Below are positions 40,237-50,475 of a stretch of 64,000 bases of DNA, piece after piece (within the stretch, counting starts at the first letter, position 1; each line of letters opens with the position of its first letter). Source of the DNA: Halobacteriales archaeon (GTDB lineage Archaea > Halobacteriota > Halobacteria > Halobacteriales > Hikarchaeaceae); NCBI GenBank assembly GCA_034521615.1, contig JAXHME010000022.1:723-64722 (forward strand). The letters run 5' to 3'. Both the position numbers and the translations under genes were made by a program. The notes beneath the pieces are model-generated. The model searched no databases, had not been told where the DNA came from, and worked only from the letters and a program-made list of their open reading frames with translations.

Positions 40237-41836
40237 CTAGAAGTCGTCGAAGTCGTCCATGCCGTCGCCTTTCGAGAGGTCGCCGGCGGCGATGACGTCG
40301 TCGATGCGGAGGATGAGGTCCGTCGCCTCCTGGGCGCTGGCGATGGCCTGGGTCTTCACGCGCAGGGGCTCGACGACGCCCTCGGCGTGCATGTCGGCGA
40401 CCGTCTTCTCGCGAACCGAGAGGCCGGCCGACGCCTCGCCGGCATCGTGGGCCGCCCGGAGTTCGACGAGGGTGTCGATCGGGTCGAGGCCGGCGTTGAT
40501 AGCCAGCGTGCGGGGCACGACCTCGATGGCGTCGGCGAACGCCTCGACGGCGAGCTGCTCGCGGCCGCCCACCGAGTCGGCGTAGTCCCGCAGCGAGAGC
40601 GCGAGCTCGGCCTCGGGCGCGCCGCCGCCGGGCACCACGCGGCGGTCCTGGATCGTCACGCGGACGACCTCGAGGGCGTCGGTGACCGACCGCTCGACCT
40701 CCTCGACGACGTGCTCGGTGCCGCCCCGCAGCAGCAGCGAGACGCTGCCGGGGGTCTCACAGTCCTCGACGAAGAACCGCTCCTCGTCGCCCACGTGGCG
40801 CTGTTCGACGAGGCCGGCGAAGCCGAGGTCGTCGGCCTCGAGCTCGTCGAGCTTCGAGACGACGCGGGCCCCGGTCGCCTTCGCGAGCTTCGTCACGTCG
40901 CCCTTCTTGACCCGGCGGAACGCCAGGATGTCCGCCTTCGCGAGGAAGTGCTGGGCGAGGTCGTCGATGCCCTTCTGGCAGAACACCACGTCGACGCCGG
41001 CGTCGACCAGCGTGTCGACGTAGCCCCGGAGCTCGGCCTCCTCGCGGTCGAGGAACTGCTGGAGCTGCGCGGGGTCGGTGACGTTGATCTCGGCGTCGGT
41101 CTCGGTCTCGTGGACCTCGATGGCCGTGTTCACCAGCGCGACGGTGGCGTCCTCGACGCGGGTCGGCATGCCGTCGTGTACCGGCTCCTTGTCGAGGATG
41201 ACGCCCTCGATCAGCGCGGCGTCGTCGATGTTGCCGGTGGCCACGGTCTCGACCTTGATGTCGTCGAGGTCGAGCCGGCCGTCGGTCGCGATGGCCTGGA
41301 CGGTCCGGACCACGAGCTCGGCGAGGTGGTCCTGGGCGCCGCCGACACCTTTGCCGGTCATCGCCGTGCGGGCGATCGCCGTCAGCGTCTCGGTGTCGTC
41401 GGGGCTGACGTCGGTCGCGTACGTCGTCGAGGACCTCGAGGCAGTGCGCGACCGCCATGAGGTAGCCCGCCGAGATGGTCGAGGCGTGGACGTCCTCGTC
41501 GATCAGGTCCTCGGCCTTGGCGAGCAGCTCGCCCGCGAGGACGACCGCGGTCGTCGTCCCGTCGCCGGCCGCCTCCTCCTGGGAATCGGCGACCTCGACC
41601 AGCATCTGGGCGGCCGGGTGCTCGATGTCCATCTCGTCGAGGATGGTCACGCCGTCGTTGGTGATGACGACCGAGCCGTAGCTGTCGACGAGCATCTTGT
41701 CCATGCCCAGCGGGCCGAGCGTCGTGCGGACGGCCTCGGCGACGGCTCGGCCGGCGGCGATGTTCATGTGTTGTGCGTCGCGGCCCCGGGTCTGCCGGTG
41801 GCCCTCCGAGAGCACGTAGATCGGTTGGTAAGCCAT
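40237..41836 (-). CDS. Thermosome (group II chaperonin) subunit; frameshift near 41420
   Basis: [49 protein letters not shown], split over ORFs 40757..41836 and 40237..41361. Confidence 0.95.
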
Positions 41837-42105
41837 AATGATGCCACTCCCGAGTCGGGGTTGGTCGACGTCCTATGGGGTTGTACGACGACATAACTGT
41901 TTCTACGCCACTCCGGAATATGACACGTGCTGACATCGGGTCGAACCCCCGGAAGGCGAACCGGCCGTGGGCTGGTTAATCGGGCGTCTATCAGCCATCC
42001 CGAATAACTTCTCCCCGGGACCGATAGCCCGCGACGACCGCCCCTCGGTCACGTCCCGCACCCGCCGGGCGATGCCTTTTCCACCCCGCCCGTCGAGCGG
42101 CCCCT

Positions 42106-42909
42106 ATGGCGGCGCTCGGGGCCTACGTGCTCGTCTTCATCGCCGGCTTCATCACCGCCCTGGCGACCGGGCTGGGCGCGATCCCGTTCTTCCTCACCGA
42201 CGACATCAGCGACCGCTGGAACGTGGCGCTCTGGGGGCTCGCCTCGGGCATCATGCTCTCGGCGTCGGTGTTCGGGCTGATCCGGGAAGGGCTGCTGATC
42301 GGGGGCCCCCTCGCCGTCGCGATCGGGCTGCTCGCCGGCGTGGCCCTCGTGGTCGGCAGCCACCGCGTCATCTCCGGGGCGGAGCTCGACTCCCGGCAGT
42401 TCGAGCAGGCGGACTACCGCAAGCTCGTGCTCATCCTCGGCATCCTCACGGTCCACTCGTTCCCCGAGGGGGTCGCGATCGGCGTCTCGTTCGCCGAGCT
42501 GAACTTCCAGGGCGCCGAGGGGCTGATGATCGGGGGCTTCCTCGTCCCGCTCCTCGCGGTCTTCATGACGGTCGCCATCTCCATCCACAACGTCCCGGAG
42601 GGGATCGCCATCTCCATCCCGCTGCGCGCGATGGGCGTCTCGAACTGGCGGATGGTCTGGTGGGCGGTCTTCTCGAGCCTCCCCCAGCCGATCGGCGCCG
42701 TCATCGCGTTCGCCTTCGTCCGGCTGGCCCGCGAGTTCCTCCCCTTCGGCTTCGGGTTCGCCGCGGGCGCGATGATCTACCTCGTGCTGACCGAGTTCAT
42801 CCCGGAGGCGCTCGAGGCGGGGGAGGGGCTGCCCGGCGGGGCACGCCGCGAGCTCGGCGCCGGCCTCGTCGTGGGCTCGGCCGTGATGCTCCCGCTCGTC
42901 TTCCTCTGA
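42106..42909 (+). CDS. ZIP-family metal transporter (ZupT/GufA)
   Basis: HSFPEGVAIG and IHNVPEG motifs. Confidence 0.9.
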   Translation: MAALGAYVLVFIAGFITALATGLGAIPFFLTDDISDRWNVALWGLASGIMLSASVFGLIREGLLIGGPLAVAIGLLAGVALVVGSHRVISGAELDSRQFEQADYRKLVLILGILTVHSFPEGVAIGVSFAELNFQGAEGLMIGGFLVPLLAVFMTVAISIHNVPEGIAISIPLRAMGVSNWRMVWWAVFSSLPQPIGAVIAFAFVRLAREFLPFGFGFAAGAMIYLVLTEFIPEALEAGEGLPGGARRELGAGLVVGSAVMLPLVFL

Positions 42910-42966
42910 CCCCGGCGGCGGGCTGTCGGAACCACTTTGTACCGGCCGGCGTCCGTTACGGCAACG

Positions 42967-44295
42967 ATGGCACCCCAGCAGCCGGCCGAGGCCGACCCGC
43001 GGCCCATCCCCCACTGGCTGTCGGCCGACGCGGACGTGATCGACGTGACCGAGGGCGACGGCGCCTACGTCACCGCGGCCGACGGCGAGCGCTACCTCGA
43101 CTTCATCTCCCAGCTCTACTGCGTCAACGCCGGCCACGGCAACCAGGCCATCGTCGACGCGATGGTCGAGCAGCTCGGCCGGATCCAGTACGTCTCCTCG
43201 GCGAAGCACAACGACACGCGGAGCCGGCTCGCCGACCGCCTGGTCGACGTCGCGCCGGCCGGGCTCTCGGACGTCTACTTCGCCATCTCGGGGTCGGAGG
43301 CCGTCGAGACGGCGGTCCAGCTGGCCCGCCAGCACCAGGACGCCCCGAAGGTGCTCACCCGCTGGCGGTCGTACCACGGCGGCACCTACGGCGCCGCGAG
43401 CCTGTCGGGCGACCCGCAGATGCGCGCCACGATGGAGTCCCACGTCGCGACCACCGGGGCGACGAAGTTCCTGCCGCCGATGGGCTACCGCTCGCCGTTC
43501 AACGCCGACTCGCCCGAGCAGCTCACGGAGCTCGCGGCCGACCACCTCGAGTTCGTGATCCGGAACGAGGACCCCGACTCGATCGCCGCGATCGTGATGG
43601 AGCCCGTCGCGGGCACCAGCGGCGCCTACCCCGCCCCGCCGGGCTACTTCGAGCGGGTGCGCGAGCTCTGCGACGAGCACGACATCCTGCTCATCGCCGA
43701 CGAGGTCATCACCGGCTTCGGCCGCTGTGGCGACTGGTTCGGCATCGAGGGCGAGGGCGTCCGGCCGGACATGATCACGTTCGCGAAGGCCGTCACGAGC
43801 GCCTACGCCCCGCTGGCCGGCGTGCTCACCTCCGAGGAGCTCAGCGACTGGATCCGCGAGGAGGGCACCGACCTCGGCCAGACGTTCGCCGGCCACCCGG
43901 TCGCGTGCGCGGCGGGCATCGCGGCCCTCGACGAGTACGGCGGCGACGACGGCCTGATCGAGCAGGGCCGGGCCGTCGCGCCCTACCTCGAGGACCGCCT
44001 CGGAACGCTGGCCGACGCCCACGACGCCGTCGGCGACGTCCGCGGCCGCGGCCACCTCTGGGCCGTCGAGTTCACCGACCCCGAGACCGGCGAGCCGTAC
44101 GTGGACCCGTGGGTGTCCGACGAGCCGAACCCGGTGGGCGACGTGGTCGAGGCGGCCCAGGACGACGGCGTGCTCCTCGCGACCGGGCGGCCGGGCTTCC
44201 AGATCATCGTCGCGCCCCCGCTCGTGATCGACGAGGCGGACGTCGACCGGGCGGTCGAGGCGCTGGACGGCGCCATCGAGGCCGTCTTCGGCTGA
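42967..44295 (+). CDS. Class III PLP aminotransferase
   Basis: SGSEAVE, SYHGGT, LIADEVITGFGRCG, PDMITFAKAVTS. Confidence 0.92.
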   Translation: MAPQQPAEADPRPIPHWLSADADVIDVTEGDGAYVTAADGERYLDFISQLYCVNAGHGNQAIVDAMVEQLGRIQYVSSAKHNDTRSRLADRLVDVAPAGLSDVYFAISGSEAVETAVQLARQHQDAPKVLTRWRSYHGGTYGAASLSGDPQMRATMESHVATTGATKFLPPMGYRSPFNADSPEQLTELAADHLEFVIRNEDPDSIAAIVMEPVAGTSGAYPAPPGYFERVRELCDEHDILLIADEVITGFGRCGDWFGIEGEGVRPDMITFAKAVTSAYAPLAGVLTSEELSDWIREEGTDLGQTFAGHPVACAAGIAALDEYGGDDGLIEQGRAVAPYLEDRLGTLADAHDAVGDVRGRGHLWAVEFTDPETGEPYVDPWVSDEPNPVGDVVEAAQDDGVLLATGRPGFQIIVAPPLVIDEADVDRAVEALDGAIEAVFG

Positions 44296-44303
44296 GCCCG
44301 ACC

Positions 44304-44990
44304 ATGTGCGGGCGCTTCTCGCTGTTCGTGCCCCAACCCGACGTCGAGCGGCGGTTCGAGGCCTCGGCCACCCGGCCGCTCGGCGAGCGGTACAACATCG
44401 CCCCCCGGACCGACGTCCCGGTGGTCCGCGCCGACGAGCCGGACGTCATCGACCAGATCCGGTGGGGTCTCCGGCCCGGCTGGGTCGACGACCCCGGGGA
44501 GTGGCCTCACCCGATCAACGCCCGCGCCGAGACCGTCGAGGAGAAGCCCAGCTTCCGCGAGGCCGCCGCCGAGCGGCGCTGCCTGGTGCTCGCCGACGGC
44601 TACTACGAGTGGACGGGCACCCGCGGCTCGAAGCAGCCCTACCGGATCGCCATGGGCGGCGAGCCGTTCGCCTTCGCCGGGCTCTGGGACGCCTGGCGCT
44701 CGAACGGGGACGCGCTCCGCACGGTGGCCATCGTCACCACCGCCGCCAACGAGACCGTCGGCGAGGTCCACGACCGCATGCCGGTCGTCCTCGAACCCGA
44801 CGAGGAGGCCGCCTGGCTCGCGGCCGACGACCCCGACGAGCGGGCCGCGCTGCTCGACCCCTATCCGGACGACGGCGGCCTCGAGGTCTACCCGGTCTCC
44901 CGGGCGGTCAACGACCCCGCGAACGATCGACCCTCGCTCGTCGAGCCGATCGACATCGGCGAGCAGGCCGGCCTCGAGGAGTTCGCCTGA
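44304..44990 (+). CDS. SRAP / YedK-HMCES abasic-site sensing protein
   Basis: ATG at 44304; MCGRF N-terminal Cys; INARAET; RCLVLADGYYEW; HDRMPV. Confidence 0.95.
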   Translation: MCGRFSLFVPQPDVERRFEASATRPLGERYNIAPRTDVPVVRADEPDVIDQIRWGLRPGWVDDPGEWPHPINARAETVEEKPSFREAAAERRCLVLADGYYEWTGTRGSKQPYRIAMGGEPFAFAGLWDAWRSNGDALRTVAIVTTAANETVGEVHDRMPVVLEPDEEAAWLAADDPDERAALLDPYPDDGGLEVYPVSRAVNDPANDRPSLVEPIDIGEQAGLEEFA

Positions 44991-45111
44991 AGCCCGCCGA
45001 CGACAGACCTTCCCCTGCGGCGTTCACGAGGGCGTCGACCTCCTGGCCCCGGTGTCGAACTGCACGTCGCTGAACGCCATGCTGACGGGTCGGGCGCCGC
45101 GCCCAACCGCC

Positions 45112-45690
45112 TCAGTGCTGGCGGGTGTACTCGAGGGGCTCGACCCCGGTGTAGAGCGAGCCGCCGAGCCGGCCGACGGCGTCGACCGCCCGGGCCTCGA
45201 CCTTGCCGTCGACCAGCAGGTCGTCGTCGACGTAGACGTGGCGGACGTCGCCGAAGACGACCGTGTGGCCGCCGACGTCCACCGACTCGCGGACCTCGCA
45301 CTCGAGGCAGGCGTGGGCCGCCGCCACGCGCGGGGGCTCGACGACCCGCGAGTCGGCCCGCTCGACGCCCGCCGCGTCGAACTCCGAGCCGGATACGCCG
45401 GCGGCCGTCGCGTCCATCGCCCCGATGACGTCCTGCGTGACGAGGTTCGCGACGAACTCGCCGGTCTCGAGGGCGAACCGCGCGGAGTCCTTCGGCTCGC
45501 CGTCGCGCCGACCCGCCGAGAACAGGACCACCGGGGGCTGGCTGCTGACCGCGTTGAAGTAGCTGAACGGCGCGAGGTTGTCCCGGCCGTCGGCGCCGAG
45601 CGTGCTGATCCACCCGATGGGCCGCGGGACGACCAGGCTCGTCAGCGTCCGATACATCGAGTCGGCGTGGGCCTCGGCGTCGGCTTCCAT
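45112..45690 (-). CDS. Flavin reductase-family protein
   Basis: VVPRPIGWIST...NLAPFSYF...KDS...GEFVAN...GRLGG. Confidence 0.9.
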   Translation of the reverse strand: MEADAEAHADSMYRTLTSLVVPRPIGWISTLGADGRDNLAPFSYFNAVSSQPPVVLFSAGRRDGEPKDSARFALETGEFVANLVTQDVIGAMDATAAGVSGSEFDAAGVERADSRVVEPPRVAAAHACLECEVRESVDVGGHTVVFGDVRHVYVDDDLLVDGKVEARAVDAVGRLGGSLYTGVEPLEYTRQH

Positions 45691-45781
45691 TACCGGCCGC
45701 TCGGGGGCGTCGGCGTTAGTCGCTTCCGGTTACCGCCGCGGCCCCGGCGGGCTTTTCCCGGCCCGCGGGGAAGGTCGGGCC

Positions 45782-46195
45782 ATGACCGCCGTCTCCTACG
45801 AGGTGGCCGACATCGATCACGTCGCGCTGCGGGTCGCGGACCTCGACAGCGCGCTCGAGTTCTACCACGGCCTGCTCGGACTGACCGTGCGGGACCGCGA
45901 GGCGTTCGAGGCCGGCGAGCTGCCGTTCGTCGCCGTCGCCGCCGGGGGCCGCCACCTGCACCTGGTGCCCGTCGACGAGCCGTTCGAGACCGGGACCGAG
46001 CACGTCTGCCTGCTGCTGCGCTCGGACGACATGGACACCCGCGAGGCGATGGCCGACCTCCTCGACCAGCTCCGGGACGCGGGCGTCGAGGTGCTCGACG
46101 GCGAGCCCCGCGAGCGGCTCGGGACCTACGGCCGCGACTGGGCGGCGTACGTCCGGGACCCGGACGGCCGGATCGTCGAGCTCAAGCTCCACTGA
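45782..46195 (+). CDS. VOC / glyoxalase-family protein
   Basis: IDHVALRVADLD...FY...HVCL...YVRDPDGRIVEL. Confidence 0.9.
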   Translation: MTAVSYEVADIDHVALRVADLDSALEFYHGLLGLTVRDREAFEAGELPFVAVAAGGRHLHLVPVDEPFETGTEHVCLLLRSDDMDTREAMADLLDQLRDAGVEVLDGEPRERLGTYGRDWAAYVRDPDGRIVELKLH

Positions 46196-46233
46196 GTCGG
46201 AAGGTTTTCGCCGGCGCGGTCGGTGGGGCCGAC

Positions 46234-46533
46234 ATGGACGAACAGGCGCGCGTCGCGGCGTTCGTCGAGGCCCACGACCTCCAGGCCGACCCGGCCCACC
46301 GGGTGCTCGACCTCGCCTCCGAGGTCGGCGAGGTGGCCAAGGAGGTGAACCGCTCGACGGCGTACGGCGCGACCGACGACGTGGCGGTCGCCGCCGACGA
46401 GATCGGGGACACCCTGTTCGCGCTGCTCGCGCTCGCCGAGGCGGTCGACGTCGACGCGGGTGAGGCGCTCGAGTCGGCGATCGCGAAGTACGAGGCCCGG
46501 CTCGAGGAGCGCGGCGACGCCGGCTCGGCCTAG
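46234..46533 (+). CDS. MazG-like nucleotide pyrophosphohydrolase
   Basis: DLASEVGEVAKE...DEIGD (ExxE...ExxD). Confidence 0.85.
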   Translation: MDEQARVAAFVEAHDLQADPAHRVLDLASEVGEVAKEVNRSTAYGATDDVAVAADEIGDTLFALLALAEAVDVDAGEALESAIAKYEARLEERGDAGSA

Positions 46534-47426
46534 GCCCGCCCGCGAACGGTCAGGTAGATCCCCGCGAGGACGACCGCGCCGCCGACGACCGTCGGCGCGC
46601 CCGGGACCTCGCCCAGCAGCAGGACGGCCAGCACCGTGCTCCCGACGGGCTCGCCGAGCAGCGTGACGCTCACGACGCTGGACTCGACGTGCTCGAGCGC
46701 CCAGTTGATCACGGTGTGGCCGAGCAGCCCGGGGCCGACCGCCATCGCGAGGAAGAGCAGCCACTCGCGCGGCGGGTAGGCGCCGAGCCCGACGGGCGCC
46801 CCGTCGACCAGCGCGAAGGCGAGCAGCGCCGCCGCGCAGGCCGAGTAGACGACCATGACGTACGGGACGAGCGCGACCTCCTGGCGGAGCGACCGCCCGG
46901 CGAGGAAGTAGGCGGCCAGCATCAGGGCGCCGAGCAGCGCGAGGGCGTTGCCGTACGCCGGCCGGACTCCCGCCAACGACGCGCCCGGGAGCGTCATCGC
47001 CACGGCGCCCGCCAGCGCGACGGCGATGCCGGCGACGATCGTCCGGTTCAGCCGCTCGTCGAGGAGGAGGAACGCGCCGACCGCGACGAACACCGGTTGG
47101 GCCTGGACGAGCGTCACCGAGGCCGCCACGCTCGTCCACTCGAGGCTCTCGAACCACGCCCCGAAGTGCACCGCGAGCGCGACGCCTGTCAGCCCCGCCG
47201 AGAGCAGCTGGCGCCGGGAGAGGTCGACCAGCTCCGCCCGGTACCGGACCAGGGCGACGGGCGCCAGCAGGCCGACCGTGAACAGGACCCGGTAGAACGC
47301 CTTGACGAGGCTGGGCGCGTCGCTGAAGCGGATCAGGATGGCGCTCGTGCTGACGGCGAGCACCGCGACGGCCAGCGCGGCCATCGGCGGGGTGCGGTCG
47401 TCCAGCCGCGCGGTCAGCGACGACAC
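46530..47426 (-). CDS. DMT/EamA-family transporter
   Basis: About 10 TM segments in two EamA repeats; LLGEPVG. Confidence 0.9.
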   Translation of the reverse strand: MSSLTARLDDRTPPMAALAVAVLAVSTSAILIRFSDAPSLVKAFYRVLFTVGLLAPVALVRYRAELVDLSRRQLLSAGLTGVALAVHFGAWFESLEWTSVAASVTLVQAQPVFVAVGAFLLLDERLNRTIVAGIAVALAGAVAMTLPGASLAGVRPAYGNALALLGALMLAAYFLAGRSLRQEVALVPYVMVVYSACAAALLAFALVDGAPVGLGAYPPREWLLFLAMAVGPGLLGHTVINWALEHVESSVVSVTLLGEPVGSTVLAVLLLGEVPGAPTVVGGAVVLAGIYLTVRGRA

Positions 47427-47466
47427 GGTCGGGCGGTCGGCCGCGGCCGGCTATACGCCTTCGGTG

Positions 47467-48027
47467 TCAGGCGTCGTCCGGCGTGTCGAAGTCGTGGAAG
47501 TGCTCGCCCTTCTCCTTCGTGAGGACGTTCAGCGCCGCCGCCCCGCCGTCGCCCGCGGAGATGACGGCCTGGTACTCCTCCTCGCGGACCATCGCGCCCG
47601 TGGCGTAGGCGTCCTCGACGGTGGTCTCCATCGTGACGTCGACCTCGACCAAGCCCTCGGCGGAGATCGCACAGCCGAGGTCCTCCGCGAGCGCCGTGTC
47701 GTCACCGGTCGCGAGCACGACGTAGCTCGCCGTGTGCTCCCCGTCCTCGGTCGTGACCGCGAAGCCGTTCTCGGTCGCCTCGACGCCGGTGACGGCCTCG
47801 CCCTGCCGGCGGTCGGCGCCGAACCCGTCGACCTGCCGCCGAGCGGTCTCGAGGAACGCCTCGCCGTCGACCGACTCGATGCCGAGGTAGTTGAACAGGT
47901 GGGCGTGGTGCATCCAGGTGTCGTCGGTGTCGAAGATGACCGTGTCGAGGCCGTTCTTCGCGGTGAACAGCGCCGCCGAGAGGCCGGCGGGGCCGCCGCC
48001 GACCACGATCACGTCTGTGTCGACCAT
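47467..48027 (-). CDS. NAD(P)/FAD-dependent oxidoreductase (short thioredoxin-reductase-like)
   Basis: VVGGGPAGLSAA, VLATG, QAVISAGDG. Confidence 0.85.
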   Translation of the reverse strand: MVDTDVIVVGGGPAGLSAALFTAKNGLDTVIFDTDDTWMHHAHLFNYLGIESVDGEAFLETARRQVDGFGADRRQGEAVTGVEATENGFAVTTEDGEHTASYVVLATGDDTALAEDLGCAISAEGLVEVDVTMETTVEDAYATGAMVREEEYQAVISAGDGGAAALNVLTKEKGEHFHDFDTPDDA

Positions 48028-48089
48028 GGGTTCCGTTCAGCGTCCACCGACATAAGCGGCCGACAGGGCGCAGGTACTGCCGGCGTCGG

Positions 48090-48575
48090 TTACGCCCGCT
48101 CCTCGAGGGCGCGTCGGGTCGCGCGGTGGCGCGCCGCGAACATCGCGGCAAAGCCCGGCCAGGCCGCCCAGGAGAGCCCCGCGGCCGGCCCGAGCGGCAG
48201 CTGGTACTCGATGCGGTCGGTGAGCCGCGTGCCGCCGTCGACCGCCTCGAACCGGTGGGTGTGGCGCCAGCGGCGGAACGGCCCGTCGGCCATCTCGTCG
48301 GTGAACTCGCCGTGGCCGTCGCCGCGTTCGCGGTTCGTGATCTCGGAGGTCCAGGACTGCCGGGGCCCGACGCCGAGGGGCCGCATCGACAGGTGGACCG
48401 CCGAGCCCTCGACGAGCTCCTCGGGCTCCGGCTCCCCGTCCGGGCCGACGACCCGATCGACGTCGAGGTTGAACCAGCCGGGCGTGACGGCCTCCAGCCC
48501 GCGGACCGTCGAGTGGAACGTCCAGACCGCCTCGAACGGCGCACGGATCAACGACGACCGCTCGAACACTGCCAT
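48090..48575 (-). CDS. SRPBCC-family protein
   Basis: FTDEMADGPFRRWRHTHRF...TRLTDRIEY. Confidence 0.85.
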   Translation of the reverse strand: MAVFERSSLIRAPFEAVWTFHSTVRGLEAVTPGWFNLDVDRVVGPDGEPEPEELVEGSAVHLSMRPLGVGPRQSWTSEITNRERGDGHGEFTDEMADGPFRRWRHTHRFEAVDGGTRLTDRIEYQLPLGPAAGLSWAAWPGFAAMFAARHRATRRALEERA

Positions 48576-48621
48576 GGGCGTCTTGGGCGCTCGTCGGCCA
48601 AGGGGCTTGCGTCGGGCCTGC

Positions 48622-49014
48622 CTACCCGCCGAGGACGTCGTCGCTCGACATCGTGGCCGGCAGGAGCTCCCCGAGGGTGTACGTGTGGTCGTCGTCGCCC
48701 AGGTCGACGATCACCTCGAACTCGGGGCCGCAGAACTCGGCGAGCGTCTGTCGGCACATGCCACACGGGGTCAGGCCGTCGTCGTGGGGGCCGGAGACGG
48801 CGACGGCCTCGAACTCGCGATGGCCGTCGAACAGCGCCCGCGCGAACGCGACCTCCTCGGCGTGCAGCGAGTTGCTGTAGTTGACGATCTCCATGTTGGC
48901 GCCGCCGTAGACCGAGCCGTCGGCCGTCCGGAGCGCCGCGCCGACGGGGAACTCGGAGTACGGGGCGATGGATTTCGATCGCGCCTCGCGGGCCTGCTCG
49001 AGCAGTACGTCCAT
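48622..49014 (-). CDS. cdd: Cytidine deaminase
   Basis: APYSEFPVGAAL, HAE, PCGMCRQ. Confidence 0.95.
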   Translation of the reverse strand: MDVLLEQAREARSKSIAPYSEFPVGAALRTADGSVYGGANMEIVNYSNSLHAEEVAFARALFDGHREFEAVAVSGPHDDGLTPCGMCRQTLAEFCGPEFEVIVDLGDDDHTYTLGELLPATMSSDDVLGG

Positions 49015-49056
49015 GGCGTCGTCATCGGCGGAGGGGCTAATGAAAGGGGGCGGCCG

Positions 49057-49485
49057 CTACTTCAGGCGCTCCTGGAGGATCGCGGGGTGGGCCGCGGTCA
49101 CGCCCTCGACGCTCAGCAGCTCCCCGCTGATGACGTCCCCGAGGGCGTCGCCGTCCGGCGCGCGGACCTCGGCCATCAGCATGTGGTCGCCGCTCGAGGA
49201 GTAGAGCGACTCGACGGCGTCGACCGCCCGCAGCGCGCGGGTGGCCTCGACGTAGCGCTCCGACTCGACGTCCATCCCCACCAGCGCGATGCTCTGGCTC
49301 GAGAGCTTCTTCGGGTCGACCTCGGCGGAGTAGCCCACGATCACGCCCTCGGACTCGAGCTTGTCGATGTACTTGCGGACCGTCGGCTTCGAGACGTCGG
49401 CGCGCTCGGCGAGCTCCGCGATGGAGGCCTGGGCGTCCGATTCGAGGAGGCGCAGGATGCGGGCCTCGGTCTCCGCGCTGGTCAC
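49057..49485 (-). CDS. lrpA1: Lrp/AsnC regulator (LrpA1-like)
   Basis: HTH IAELAERADVSKPTVRKYI; SSSGDHMLMAE; lies next to porB as in other haloarchaea. Confidence 0.85.
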   Translation of the reverse strand: MTSAETEARILRLLESDAQASIAELAERADVSKPTVRKYIDKLESEGVIVGYSAEVDPKKLSSQSIALVGMDVESERYVEATRALRAVDAVESLYSSSGDHMLMAEVRAPDGDALGDVISGELLSVEGVTAAHPAILQERLK

Positions 49486-49536
49486 GCTCGGCAGTTGGCG
49501 TTCCCGCAAAAAAATCTTCCGAACCGGAAAAACCGG

Positions 49537-50472
49537 CTACCGGTGGACGTCGAGGAAGTCGAACGACCGCTCCCACTCGGCGTCGGGGTCGAAGTAGCGC
49601 TCGGCGAGCGGCGTCTCCGGGAGCTCGCCGATGGCCTGCTTCTCCGCCTCGTAGGACGGCCGGTCGGCGTCGTGGTAGAAGACGCCGGTCAGCACCTCGC
49701 CCTCGTAGAGCGCGGACTCGACCTCGTACATCAGCTCGGCGGCCTCCTGCCGGCTCGTGGGGTCCCACTCGTACTCGTCGGACTCGTTGACGTCGGTGTA
49801 CGGGACGTACTGCTTGGCGTCCTTGTTCCAGGTCGGACACTGGGTCAGGAAGTCGATGTGGGCGAAGCCGTCGTGCTGCATGGCCTCGACGATGACCTCC
49901 TTGGCCTGGTTCGGGTTGACCGCCGCCGTCCGGGCGATGTACGACGCCCCCGAGGAGAGCGACAGCGAGAGCGGCCGCAGCGGCGCCTTCGCCGAGCCGT
50001 GGGGCTGCGTCTTCGACTTGTGGCCCATCGGGCTCGTCGGCGAGGTCTGGCCCTTCGTCAGGCCGAACACCTCGTTGTTGAACACGATGTAGGTCAGGTC
50101 GTGGTTCTCCCGGGCGGTGTGCATGAAGTGGTTCCCGCCGATGCCGTAGCCGTCGCCGTCGCCGCCGGCGGCGATGACCTCGAGGGCGGGGTTCGCGAGC
50201 TTCGCGGCCCGGGCCACGGGGAGCGACCGGCCGTGGATCGAGTGGAAGCCGTAGCTCTCGAAGTAGCTCGACAGCTTGCCCGAGCAGCCGATGCCGGTCA
50301 CCAGCAGCGTCTCGTCGGGGCCCCGGCCGACCTCGGGCATGGCCTGCTTGAGGGCCTTCAGGACCCCGAAGTCGCCACAGCCCGGACACCAGGTGGCCTG
50401 GGGCTCGATGCCCGGGGTGAAGTCGTCCGAATCGATCTCCGCGTCGCCGCCGATCGCGCTGAATGCACTCAT
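49537..50472 (-). CDS. porB: Pyruvate:ferredoxin oxidoreductase beta subunit
   Basis: WCPGCGDF, GIGCSG, GGDGD, NNEVFGLTKGQ. Confidence 0.88.
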   Translation of the reverse strand: MSAFSAIGGDAEIDSDDFTPGIEPQATWCPGCGDFGVLKALKQAMPEVGRGPDETLLVTGIGCSGKLSSYFESYGFHSIHGRSLPVARAAKLANPALEVIAAGGDGDGYGIGGNHFMHTARENHDLTYIVFNNEVFGLTKGQTSPTSPMGHKSKTQPHGSAKAPLRPLSLSLSSGASYIARTAAVNPNQAKEVIVEAMQHDGFAHIDFLTQCPTWNKDAKQYVPYTDVNESDEYEWDPTSRQEAAELMYEVESALYEGEVLTGVFYHDADRPSYEAEKQAIGELPETPLAERYFDPDAEWERSFDFLDVHR

Positions 50473-50475
50473 GGG

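Noticed and set aside
41930-41965. GGGTCGAACCCC resembling a tRNA T-arm or att remnant
   Set aside because: No cloverleaf or acceptor stem, and no match to either tRNA in the window.
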